From Deltaproteobacteria bacterium (GTDB lineage Bacteria > Desulfobacterota > Desulfobulbia > Desulfobulbales > Desulfobulbaceae), in the NCBI GenBank assembly GCA_024280455.1, contig JAJRQC010000003.1:22149-46148 (forward strand): a stretch of DNA of 24,000 bases. The letters are read 5' to 3'. The notes below the pieces were generated by a model. That model saw only the letters and a program-made list of their open reading frames with translations, was not told the DNA's origin and searched no databases. Both the position numbers and the translations under genes were made by a program. Shown here piece after piece: positions 16,680-24,000 of the stretch. Within the stretch, counting starts at the first letter, position 1. Each line of letters begins with the position of its first letter.

Positions 16680-17342
16680 ATGCCCCAAATTGTTAGTTTT
16701 ATAGGCTGGCACGATTCCGGCAAAACGACTCTGGCCTCTCAGGTGGTCGGTCATCTGAAAAAAAAGGGCTATCGGGTTGCGGTGATCAAGTCCAGTGAAC
16801 ACACCGGCATTGCCTTTGATACCCCGGGAACCGACACCGACAAACATCGTCAGGCCGGGGCCGACTCCGTGGTTTTTGTGGCTCCGGACCAACTGGTTCT
16901 GATGACGAAAAATGCCGGTCTGCCCCTGGTGACCCTGGCCCACCGATATTTCTCCGATGTTGATATCGTTATCGGTGAAGGCTTCAAACAGGCTTCCCAT
17001 GTGGCAAAAATCGAAGTGATTCGCAATTCAAAGGATATACTCAGGGGCAAGGTCCGTGGTGTCATTGCGACCGCAACGGATCAAAATATCCAGGGCGACC
17101 ATATCTTTCGACTGGATGAAAGCAGAGAGCTTGCCGACTTCATTGAAAAACGTTTTCTGAGCAGCCCTCGAAAACAAACCGAGCAGACCGCACTTCTTGT
17201 TAACGGTGTCCGTATACCACTCAAAGACTGGGTCCAGGAGGCCCTTGCCGGTACCGTGTCCGGTTTTGTCAACTCTTTGAAACTAAGCGGGGAAGTTCGG
17301 GAAATTGAACTGCGGATCCGCCTGCAGGCGGATAAAGACTAA
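16680..17342 (+). CDS. mobB: Molybdopterin-guanine dinucleotide biosynthesis adapter protein MobB (long form)
   Basis: Walker A IGWHDSGKTTL. Also VAVIKSSEH, DTPGTDTDKHRQAGA and VDIVIGEGFK, typical of MobB. There is an extra C-terminal extension of about 70 aa. Confidence 0.85.
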   Translation: MPQIVSFIGWHDSGKTTLASQVVGHLKKKGYRVAVIKSSEHTGIAFDTPGTDTDKHRQAGADSVVFVAPDQLVLMTKNAGLPLVTLAHRYFSDVDIVIGEGFKQASHVAKIEVIRNSKDILRGKVRGVIATATDQNIQGDHIFRLDESRELADFIEKRFLSSPRKQTEQTALLVNGVRIPLKDWVQEALAGTVSGFVNSLKLSGEVREIELRIRLQADKD

Positions 17343-17370
17343 GAATGTATTGCTTTATGCGGCGACCATT

Positions 17371-17569
17371 ATGAAAACCATCGGTCTGCTCGGCGGCATG
17401 AGCTGGGAATCAACCGCAACATACTATGCCTTAAAAAGGAGCCTAGGCGGTCATTCTCGGCTGTACGGAAATAGCTCTGCTGCTCAAGCAGGAAGATACA
17501 GAGGTACCGCTCTTTGATACCACGGCCATCCACTCGGAAAGGACCGTCCTTTATGCACTTGCCGGCTGA
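17371..17569 (+). pseudogene. Internally deleted Asp/Glu racemase family gene remnant
   Basis: Frame 1 from the ATG at 17371: MKTIGLLGGMSWESTATYYALKRSLGGHS. This is the N-terminus of the aspartate racemase/YgeA family, including the first catalytic-region motif. Frame 2 at 17447-17569: AVILGCTEIALLLKQEDTEVPLFDTTAIHSERTVLYALAG*, the C-terminus of the same family. About 160 codons in between are missing and the two ends are out of frame. Confidence 0.7.
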
Positions 17570-17577
17570 TGCCGTTA

Positions 17578-19311
17578 TCAGAATGGTTGTTTGCCAACCC
17601 GACCGTTGCCGATGCCGGAGAAACTTCCAAGGGTACGGTGCACGTGATCAAACTCCTGTTCACGGGCAAGAAAGGCATCAACAACCGACGGATCAAAATG
17701 GTGGCGGACCTCCTGGATAACAGCATGCATGGCCTGCTGATGGGAAAGCTGTCGATCATACTGCCTTGAGGAAGTCATGGCCTCGTAAGCATCGGCCAGG
17801 GCCACAATTCGTGCCGCCAGCGGGATTTCCTCACCGACCAGTCCAAACGGATACCCGCTGCCGTCCCATTTTTCATGATGAAAATAGGCTATATTTTTCG
17901 CCGACTCTAGGAACCCGCTGGTCTCATCAGGCGTTTCCATGGACTTGATGACATCACCTCCGAAGACGGTGTGCTGCCGAATCAGGTCCAGTTCCTCGTT
18001 TGTCAAAGGGCCTCTTTTAAACAGAACGGTATCAGGTATCCCCACCTTGCCAATATCATGGAGCACTGACCCCATGGAGAGATCAAAGACCACATTACCG
18101 CCGAGCTGATCTTGATATTCAGGGCGAGTCGCCAACTCTTCCGCTAAAAGGCGGCTGTACTCCCTGATCCGTGCCAGATGCCGGTACGGGGTAATATCAC
18201 GATGTTCCGACAACCTGGCCAGAGCCATAATGGCGGCATTTTCCGTCTGCTTTCGTACCAGCAGGCTCTGTCGCAATTCCTGCTCCATTTCCTTGCGCAT
18301 GGAAATGTCCCGGATAATCAACTGCAGGCCATGAACCTTACCCTGACGTTCAAGTTTATTGCCGTTTATTTCCACATCAAAGCTCTCACCATCTGTTCTG
18401 TGAAGCCGTGTCTGATACCCATTGACCTCTTCACCCCTGGCCACCGGAGTCAAGAGGTCACCACGCAACCGTAACCGTTCCTCGACCCCAACCAGATCGG
18501 TCAGGTTGATTTCTCCACTTTCATCAAGGGCCAGATGCTCGTAAAACGGCGGATTGGCATAAAGGATTCTCCCGGTTTCACTAACCAGGATCACATCGTC
18601 GACAATGTGTTCAAACAGCAGTCGGAAACGATTTTCCGTCCGCCGATACTCCTCGGATCTTCTTGCGACCTCCTGCTCCAGAAGTTCCGCCTGGATATTC
18701 AGCTGATCCGCCGTTTCCTCCTCCTGCATGCGGAGAAGAAAAGATTCCCGTCTGGACCTGGTTTCATACCAGCTCTGGACCGACACCAGTAGAACAAAGC
18801 TGGACATGAAAAAAACATTATTTATCAGAATGCTCCCCTGTCCGTCCACCAGGGGACACCAGTAAAGGATGGCAAAGAGATAAAAACCGACACCAATAAA
18901 TCCACTGACCAGGGTTTGAAACATGGTCAAGGGGAGCATGGATGTATAAATCACAATGGCAACGATAAAACCGGCAAAATATGGAGAGGTAACCCCGCCC
19001 ATGCGAATAACCATCAGGCTCAGAATGAGAAGAGAAAAGAAATAGGCGACAAAGGGTATGATAAAGGGATACTTACAGTCAACATCTCTATAATTCAGAA
19101 AAAACAGAAAAATGCAAAGGGCGCTGACCGACAATCGGTACTGTAAAAATTCCTGAAAAAGCGATGGGGCCAGCAGGGTATCCAGCAGAGAAAAAGAGAC
19201 AAGCAGTACCACCGCCACCACAAGCATATACGACCCGCGATGATGATATAACCGGCGCAGTTCTTGCCGGTACCGCTGGTTAAGCGGCGGTGTCATTTCA
19301 GGATAATCCAT
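17578..19311 (-). CDS. Membrane-anchored PAS / HD-GYP domain phosphodiesterase (paralog 2)
   Basis: 577 aa. About 6 N-terminal TM helices, a coiled segment, a PAS-like region, then HD-GYP hallmarks: RHLARIREYSRLL, VLHDIGKVGIPD, HHEKWDGSGYPFGL, ARIVALADAYEAMTS. Confidence 0.85.
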   Translation of the reverse strand: MDYPEMTPPLNQRYRQELRRLYHHRGSYMLVVAVVLLVSFSLLDTLLAPSLFQEFLQYRLSVSALCIFLFFLNYRDVDCKYPFIIPFVAYFFSLLILSLMVIRMGGVTSPYFAGFIVAIVIYTSMLPLTMFQTLVSGFIGVGFYLFAILYWCPLVDGQGSILINNVFFMSSFVLLVSVQSWYETRSRRESFLLRMQEEETADQLNIQAELLEQEVARRSEEYRRTENRFRLLFEHIVDDVILVSETGRILYANPPFYEHLALDESGEINLTDLVGVEERLRLRGDLLTPVARGEEVNGYQTRLHRTDGESFDVEINGNKLERQGKVHGLQLIIRDISMRKEMEQELRQSLLVRKQTENAAIMALARLSEHRDITPYRHLARIREYSRLLAEELATRPEYQDQLGGNVVFDLSMGSVLHDIGKVGIPDTVLFKRGPLTNEELDLIRQHTVFGGDVIKSMETPDETSGFLESAKNIAYFHHEKWDGSGYPFGLVGEEIPLAARIVALADAYEAMTSSRQYDRQLSHQQAMHAVIQEVRHHFDPSVVDAFLAREQEFDHVHRTLGSFSGIGNGRVGKQPF

Positions 19312-19314
19312 AGG

Positions 19315-21009
19315 CTACTGCAGGAGGATCTCCAGGCGAATTCGCTTAAAGTCCGGCTCCTGTTTGAGAAAGGCTTCAATCACGTCGGGATCAAAATGAG
19401 AGCCCCTGTTTTCAAGGATAATTTCTCTGGCCTGTTCATGACTGAAGGCCGATTTATAACAACGCTTCGACGTCAACGCATCATAGACATCGGCAAGCGC
19501 AACTATCCTTGCTGAGAGAGGAATATTTGTACCGGACAGGCCCAGGGGATAGCCGCTTCCATCCCATTTCTCATGATGAAAATGAGCAATTTCCTGGCCC
19601 ATGGTCAGGAAGGAAACATCGCCGGCATCACGTTCGGCCTCGGCAAGGGCATCCCTGCCGTAGACACAGTGGAGCTTCATGGTGTCAAATTCTTCTTTGG
19701 TCAATTTCCCGGGTTTCAGCAGGATGGCATCCGGGATGCCGACCTTGCCGATATCATGCAGAACGGACGACAAGGTTATATCCTCAAGAAACAATGGGGT
19801 TACCAAATGCTGCAAATTGTTTCTCTCTGCTATCACCTCCGTCAACATCCGGGTATATTCACGAATACGTTCAAGGTGGGCTCCGGTATCCGAGTCACGA
19901 TACTCAGCCAGTTTTGCCAGCCCGAGGATAGCCGTACGTCTTGATTTGTCCACCAGCCTGGTTGATTCCAGCATCTGTTGTTCTATTTCTTTTCGCTGGG
20001 TAATGTTACGCAGAACCAGCTGGCACCCCGGAGTTAGCGCGTCAAGGTTAACCCAGGTCCCGCTCATCTCCACAGTCCAGACAACTTTCTCAGCTGTAAC
20101 CATCCGGATTTCAACCCCCAGAAAAGGGCTGTGATCGGTAAACAGTTTAACGAGTTGGCCTGATACCTCCTTTCGCTGTACCGGGGCCAGAAAATCGAAA
20201 AGATTGTAATTCTGCGTTATTTTTTCATGTAAACCAAACACGCTGGCAAAACGCCGGTTAAACAGTCGGACATCCCCTCGCTTACCTACCACCACGACCA
20301 TATCCTGGATATTTTCATAGAGTTCACTGTATCGGAACTCCAAATCCTTAATCTGTTCAAGCCTGCGCTGAACGACGGCTTCCAGATTGCCGGTATACAT
20401 GCTCAGCTCCGTCTGCAGGTGCCGGACTTTTGACCTTCCCTTCCAAATTTCCCGCCTGATTTTCCCGTCATCATAACATTTGACAGTGGTGGCGATAAAA
20501 ATGGCGAAATAGAAAAAGGTATTGTTTAAAATATAAACAACATCCTGTTGAGCCGAGGTAAAATCCATCTCTACAAGGGTGAAGATATAGACCAGATACA
20601 CGGCTAGACCAAGAGCGAGAACCTGAGGAACGGTCAGGGGCAGAACGGAAAAGACAAAGGCGGCAACAAGGACGATACCTATATAGTATTCCGATTTAAA
20701 CCCACCCAGTTCAAGAATCATCAGGCTGATGGTCAGGCTTGCAAAGACCAGGGCGATTGCCATGAGCTGGCGGGCATAACGCTTAAACGATCGAAAATGA
20801 AGCAGCCCGAGACAGAGCAACAGAAAACAGACAAAGGCCAGGCGGTAGACCAAAAATAGAAAAAAGAACTCGGGGTGGACAAGATAATCCAGCACCGAAA
20901 AAAACATGTAAAACAGGATACCGAGCCAGAAAACCAGTACAGCCCTCTGCGAAAAGAGTTCTCCCAGCTCATCTGTATACTTGTTACCGTTATTGACCAT
21001 TCCTAACAT
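19315..21009 (-). CDS. Membrane-anchored PAS / HD-GYP domain phosphodiesterase (paralog 1)
   Basis: 564 aa with the same architecture. Motifs: TGAHLERIREYTRML, VLHDIGKVGIPD, HHEKWDGSGYPLGL, ARIVALADVYDALTS. Its stop lies 3 nt before the start of paralog 2. Confidence 0.85.
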   Translation of the reverse strand: MLGMVNNGNKYTDELGELFSQRAVLVFWLGILFYMFFSVLDYLVHPEFFFLFLVYRLAFVCFLLLCLGLLHFRSFKRYARQLMAIALVFASLTISLMILELGGFKSEYYIGIVLVAAFVFSVLPLTVPQVLALGLAVYLVYIFTLVEMDFTSAQQDVVYILNNTFFYFAIFIATTVKCYDDGKIRREIWKGRSKVRHLQTELSMYTGNLEAVVQRRLEQIKDLEFRYSELYENIQDMVVVVGKRGDVRLFNRRFASVFGLHEKITQNYNLFDFLAPVQRKEVSGQLVKLFTDHSPFLGVEIRMVTAEKVVWTVEMSGTWVNLDALTPGCQLVLRNITQRKEIEQQMLESTRLVDKSRRTAILGLAKLAEYRDSDTGAHLERIREYTRMLTEVIAERNNLQHLVTPLFLEDITLSSVLHDIGKVGIPDAILLKPGKLTKEEFDTMKLHCVYGRDALAEAERDAGDVSFLTMGQEIAHFHHEKWDGSGYPLGLSGTNIPLSARIVALADVYDALTSKRCYKSAFSHEQAREIILENRGSHFDPDVIEAFLKQEPDFKRIRLEILLQ

Positions 21010-21017
21010 TATGTTGA

Positions 21018-22519
21018 TTACTCTTTAACGGCAAGGGCAAACAGGTTCACATGCTCCTCCTCACTCAATACAGTAACCTTGGTAAAGGGCGTGTCGGCAA
21101 ACAGCTGTTCCATCTGTTCACGGGTACGATAGATAAGTTCCCAGCGCAGGATTCTGTCCATAAAAACCGCATCCTTGTGCTGGGTGTAGTTGCCGAGGAT
21201 GAGAGAACCTCCGGGTTTAAGATGATTATAGCACCGGGTTATCATGGCCTTGAATAACCGGTCTTCAAGATAATCACACAGGCCGATGGAGTAGATTATA
21301 TCCTGCGGGCCAATCTGGTGTTTCACCCGTCCCAGCGCCCATTTGATGACATTTTCGCTCATCAGCCGGATGCTCGCCAGGTGGGAGAAGGTATTGACAT
21401 ATCTGTTGGTGTACTGGAGGGCCTCCGAATCAATATCCACGCACAAGACCTCGATTAACTCGCTGTATTCACAACCTTTAAGAAAATCAAAAAGTTCCCT
21501 GTTGGGACCGCAGGCAAGATTCATGATAGCAATACGTTCCCCTTTCTCGGCAAGTGGTGCCGTAAGCCTGGCCAGCTGTTCAGCCATCAGGCGGCGACGT
21601 CCCCGGATCGCCCTTGAGGCGGGCCGCTGCAGACAAAAGGCATCTACCAGTTCACCGAGTCGGCCGTCTCCCTGGGGAACATTTTTATACACATGTTCTA
21701 TCATGAGAAAATCACCGGCATAGCCTTTTGGCTTGTGATACGAACGTTCGGCATAATAGCTGCGCATGAAATACGGATAGATTTCCTTGAAAATATACCC
21801 CCAGAGGATATCTTCATAGCCGCTGCCGGCTATTTTTTCTTCAAACATCGGCATCGCATCGACCAGCCCGGTCAAAACAGAAAAACAGCGTTGTTCCTGT
21901 TCCGGATCCTTTTTTCCGCTGACTGAGTTTTCCTGGAGGGCAAGGGAGATATCAAACAGCTCCATGGATGCCTTTCCCACCCGTTCATGGATAAAATTCC
22001 AGAGCTCGGAATGGATCAAATTCGGCGGTATCGGCTTTGCCTCGGTATATTTACAGGACCTGCGGCTGGAAAGGGAATCGGCATATGCGGCAACGGGTGC
22101 ACTTTCACCGGCAATCCGACGAAACTTCTTACATATTCTCTGGGTCAGGTATAAAAGAAAATCTGTGAACAGTTCAGGCTGTTGCTCCCTCATATCATCC
22201 ATGACATCCTGATCAAAAACGGCAATCTCAACATCCTCGGCCGCGATGATGGTTCGTACTCTGGATCCCTTGTCAAAAAACCGATTTCACCGAAAAACTC
22301 ACCTACCCCGATCAGGGCAACTGTTATCCTCGTCTGTCGGGCACCGGTATAACTGACATCAACGGTTCCCTTATCGATATAATAAAAGACTTCCTTCTCC
22401 GTTTCAGGAGAGAGAACCGCATCACCTGAAGAAAATTCGGCTTTTTTTGCATAGGAAAGAACCTGGGAAATAAGCTCTTGATGATCGGACCAGGATTTGT
22501 TGGCAGGTGCTGCGCACAT
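21018..22519 (-). pseudogene. Cyclic-nucleotide-binding domain fused to class I SAM-dependent methyltransferase; frame broken by a 1-nt deficit in a T6 run (plus-strand A6, 22275-22280)
   Basis: ORF-track pieces 22190..22519 and 21018..22202. The upstream piece has a cNMP-binding beta-barrel (FSSGDAVL, FYYIDKGTVDV, IGVGEFFGEIGF) and then junk. Shifting -1 at GGTTTTTTGAC continues the domain correctly (GFFDKGSRVRTIIAAEDVEIAVFDQDVM) straight into MDDMREQQ of the 394-aa ORF. MTase motifs: IMNLACGPNRE, VLCVDIDSEAL, IIYSIGLCDYL, LKPGGSLILGN. GGAGG sits 9 nt upstream of the ATG at 22519. Confidence 0.7.
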
Positions 22520-22628
22520 AATTTGAATAACCTCCGAAACAGGATAAGGGTTGTTTGTTCTTCCCTATATTATGCGGTACAGATGACAACAATTCAAGAA
22601 ATTTTATGAAAATTAAGCAGATAGGGAA

Positions 22629-22656
22629 AGGAAAAAAGTGACAATAAATTATTGTC
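22629..22656 (-). terminator. Weak candidate intrinsic terminator after the Gate-domain gene
   Basis: Minus strand: GACAATA-att-TATTGTC (7-bp AT-rich stem overlapping the TAA stop), followed by ACTTTTTTCC. Confidence 0.35.
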
Positions 22657-23563
22657 CGATTTTCCGATTCACGCCTTGCCTGAAAATGAAAAACCTGGAA
22701 AAGAGTTGCAGGAGAAGGAACCTCACACACACGGCAACAAGAATTCGTATACCGACAATAACCCAATAGTTTGCCCCGAACAGGACAAAAAGCAGGGCAT
22801 CTTCGATAATCGAATGACAGATCATGAGAAAGGTGGCAATAAAAAATATATCCCGCCGATCCAGATGACCGTTATTGGCCTCACGAATCAAAATTCCGGC
22901 TCCATAGGTGATACCGAGCAGCTGGCCGACAATAATTGAAAACGAAGTATTGACCTTCTGAGTATAGGTCTGCATCAGTCGTGTGGACTTAATCCAGTCC
23001 ATAGTCACAATAATCAGGGATATGAGCAGGATAAGCTTACCGGAAAGAAGGAGCGCATTGACAAGAGATGCCTGCAGCATGGCGGGGAAAGTCGTGTATA
23101 CGGTCATTGCGACCTGTTGGCCTGGAGTTTCGCTGCCGAAAAAAGAACGGGGCATCAGCATGACCGGAAAGACCGTCACAAAGGCCATGGTGCCGCGCAG
23201 CACGATTGAATAGGCATAAGAGATGCCGAGTTTCTTCATGATGGCGGACTCAACCACCATGGAATGACAGACCCCGAGAAAAACGGCCAGAATCGTCCAT
23301 TGATAAGGATCAAGACCCAGAGGTGCGGCAAAGGCTATAGCGGCGTAGAGGTTGAGCAGCACTCCGGCGGCAATGGCCATGGCGGCCTCGGCCGGTAAAT
23401 CCAGAATAGAGGTAATCGGGGCAAAAATAAAGCTGACATGTTTCAACAGATCCAGATAGAGCAGGATATCAGCCAGGATATAGAGGGGAATAACAAGTTT
23501 CAAGATCAGGCCGGCACTCTTCAGGGAAGAGCGCAGACTTTCAACCAGTACCTCCTTCTTCAT
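22649..23563 (-). CDS. Nucleoside-recognition (Gate) domain integral membrane protein
   Basis: 304 aa, about 8 TM helices. Two Gate-like halves, as in FeoB C-terminal / spore-maturation-type transporters (LPAEAAMAIAAGVLLNLYAA, GVCHSMVVESA, LLGITYGAGIL, ICHSIIEDALLF). Family call is from memory. Confidence 0.6.
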   Translation of the reverse strand: MKKEVLVESLRSSLKSAGLILKLVIPLYILADILLYLDLLKHVSFIFAPITSILDLPAEAAMAIAAGVLLNLYAAIAFAAPLGLDPYQWTILAVFLGVCHSMVVESAIMKKLGISYAYSIVLRGTMAFVTVFPVMLMPRSFFGSETPGQQVAMTVYTTFPAMLQASLVNALLLSGKLILLISLIIVTMDWIKSTRLMQTYTQKVNTSFSIIVGQLLGITYGAGILIREANNGHLDRRDIFFIATFLMICHSIIEDALLFVLFGANYWVIVGIRILVAVCVRFLLLQLFSRFFIFRQGVNRKIGQ

Positions 23564-23847
23564 GTATTAATCCTCTGTCGCGATCTCTGCAATTCCTGCG
23601 GGGACGAGAATCTGATCAGGCGGACTTTACGACTGCGTGGAAACTCTCTTTTGATCAGTATTTTAAGAACCAGGGATGCGTGAGCAGAGTCAACAAAGAT
23701 TTCACGATCTTCAAATCCGCGTTCAAGAACTCGGTACCGGTTGTTTTCCATACAGACCAGGGTGATACTCCGATCCCGTTTATAGGTGAGCAACTCCACC
23801 CCGCCCGGCATAGCCGTCAAGGTAAGATTAATATAATAACATATCAA
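23560..23847 (-). CDS. Hypothetical small protein, translationally coupled to the Gate-domain gene
   Basis: 95-codon ORF from a TTG start. A more plausible start is the ATG at 23811 (MPGGVELLTYK..., 83 aa). ATGA overlap with the downstream gene. No family recognised and no clear SD. Confidence 0.35.
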   Translation of the reverse strand: MICYYINLTLTAMPGGVELLTYKRDRSITLVCMENNRYRVLERGFEDREIFVDSAHASLVLKILIKREFPRSRKVRLIRFSSPQELQRSRQRINT

Positions 23848-23880
23848 GTAGTTGTACCACGGTCGAGTAGACCGATTCCA

Positions 23881-24000
23881 TCATTGTTCAACAAGTTCTT
23901 GAGAGCCGATTTTATTGACGCCCCGCCGCACGCGGCTACTACGTTCAACGCTCTTAAACTTGCCGACTCCGATGGTCTCAAGCCCCTCACAGAACCGTGC
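23881..24000 (-). CDS. Partial ORF (3' end only) with an HU/IHF-like beta-arm motif
   Basis: My own translation from the window edge: ARFCEGLETIGVGKFKSVERSSRVRRGVNKIGSQELVEQ*. The G-x-G-x-F-K-x-x-x-R-x-x-R-x-x-R spacing matches HU (GFGTFKVNHRAERTGR). The sequence then diverges and stops early relative to HU. Only 39 codons are visible. Confidence 0.3.
   Translation of the reverse strand, partial: ARFCEGLETIGVGKFKSVERSSRVRRGVNKIGSQELVEQ

Noticed and set aside
16430-16696. ORFs 16430..16696 (+) and 16483..16668 (-) as possible small genes between fdhC and mobB.
   Set aside because: Both simply span the 165-bp hairpin element. They are mirror images created by its dyad symmetry, run across the fdh terminator, and have no SD or recognisable motifs.
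17441-17446. CCTAGG (AvrII) palindrome near the racemase deletion junction as a hint of an engineered deletion scar.
   Set aside because: A single 6-bp palindrome is expected by chance. The junction is out of frame and there are no vector or FRT/lox-like sequences. A spontaneous deletion is simpler.
1-24000. CRISPR arrays, tRNA/rRNA genes, transposases, integrases, toxin-antitoxin pairs or known defence-system genes.
   Set aside because: No regularly spaced direct repeats were seen, and no cloverleaf-like or rRNA-like segments. No ORF carries DDE, tyrosine-recombinase, nuclease-helicase or similar motifs. The window reads as core metabolism plus signalling.

Overview
This window looks like ordinary chromosomal sequence at roughly 50-55% GC. 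It reads like a Desulfobacterota (deltaproteobacterial) anaerobe, but that taxon is a guess. All product calls come from motif recognition in the translations; no database search was possible.

Layout:
- Left end (1-7.7 kb, + strand): 3' part of a UPF0210/DUF711 gene, a response-regulator/class III adenylate cyclase, a LysE-family exporter, moeA, a short GNAT acetyltransferase fragment, a second moeA fused to a PBP-like domain, a small membrane protein and a sensor histidine kinase.
- Middle (7.7-17.3 kb): a molybdenum/tungsten-enzyme island. It holds fdhD (- strand), a six-motif polyferredoxin-like gene, a TorD-family chaperone, a 62-aa Tat-signal peptide, a Tat-exported selenocysteine (in-frame TGA) formate dehydrogenase alpha subunit, the Fe-S beta subunit, a cytochrome b gamma subunit, a terminator, a 165-bp hairpin/MITE-like element and mobB.
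- Right end (17.3-24 kb, - strand): an internally deleted Asp/Glu-racemase remnant, two tandem membrane PAS/HD-GYP phosphodiesterase paralogs, a cNMP-binding-domain/SAM-methyltransferase gene, a Gate (nucleoside-recognition) domain membrane protein, a small hypothetical ORF and a partial HU-like ORF.

Most notable observations:
1. Four otherwise well-conserved genes have broken frames. Three breaks are single-base deficits in A/G or T homopolymer runs, all needing a -1 correction (moeA-PBP, polyferredoxin, cNMP-methyltransferase). The fourth is an in-frame TAA in fdhD.
2. The UGA/SECIS recoding in fdhA makes the ORF track split one gene in two.
3. Two gene remnants are present (GNAT, racemase).
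4. Three intergenic regions carry strong dyad symmetry.
5. A cNMP-methyltransferase plus double HD-GYP operon could be an uncharacterised signalling module.

I see no CRISPR array, tRNA, rRNA, transposase, integrase or recognisable defence system. Nothing here can be asserted as a new system from sequence alone.
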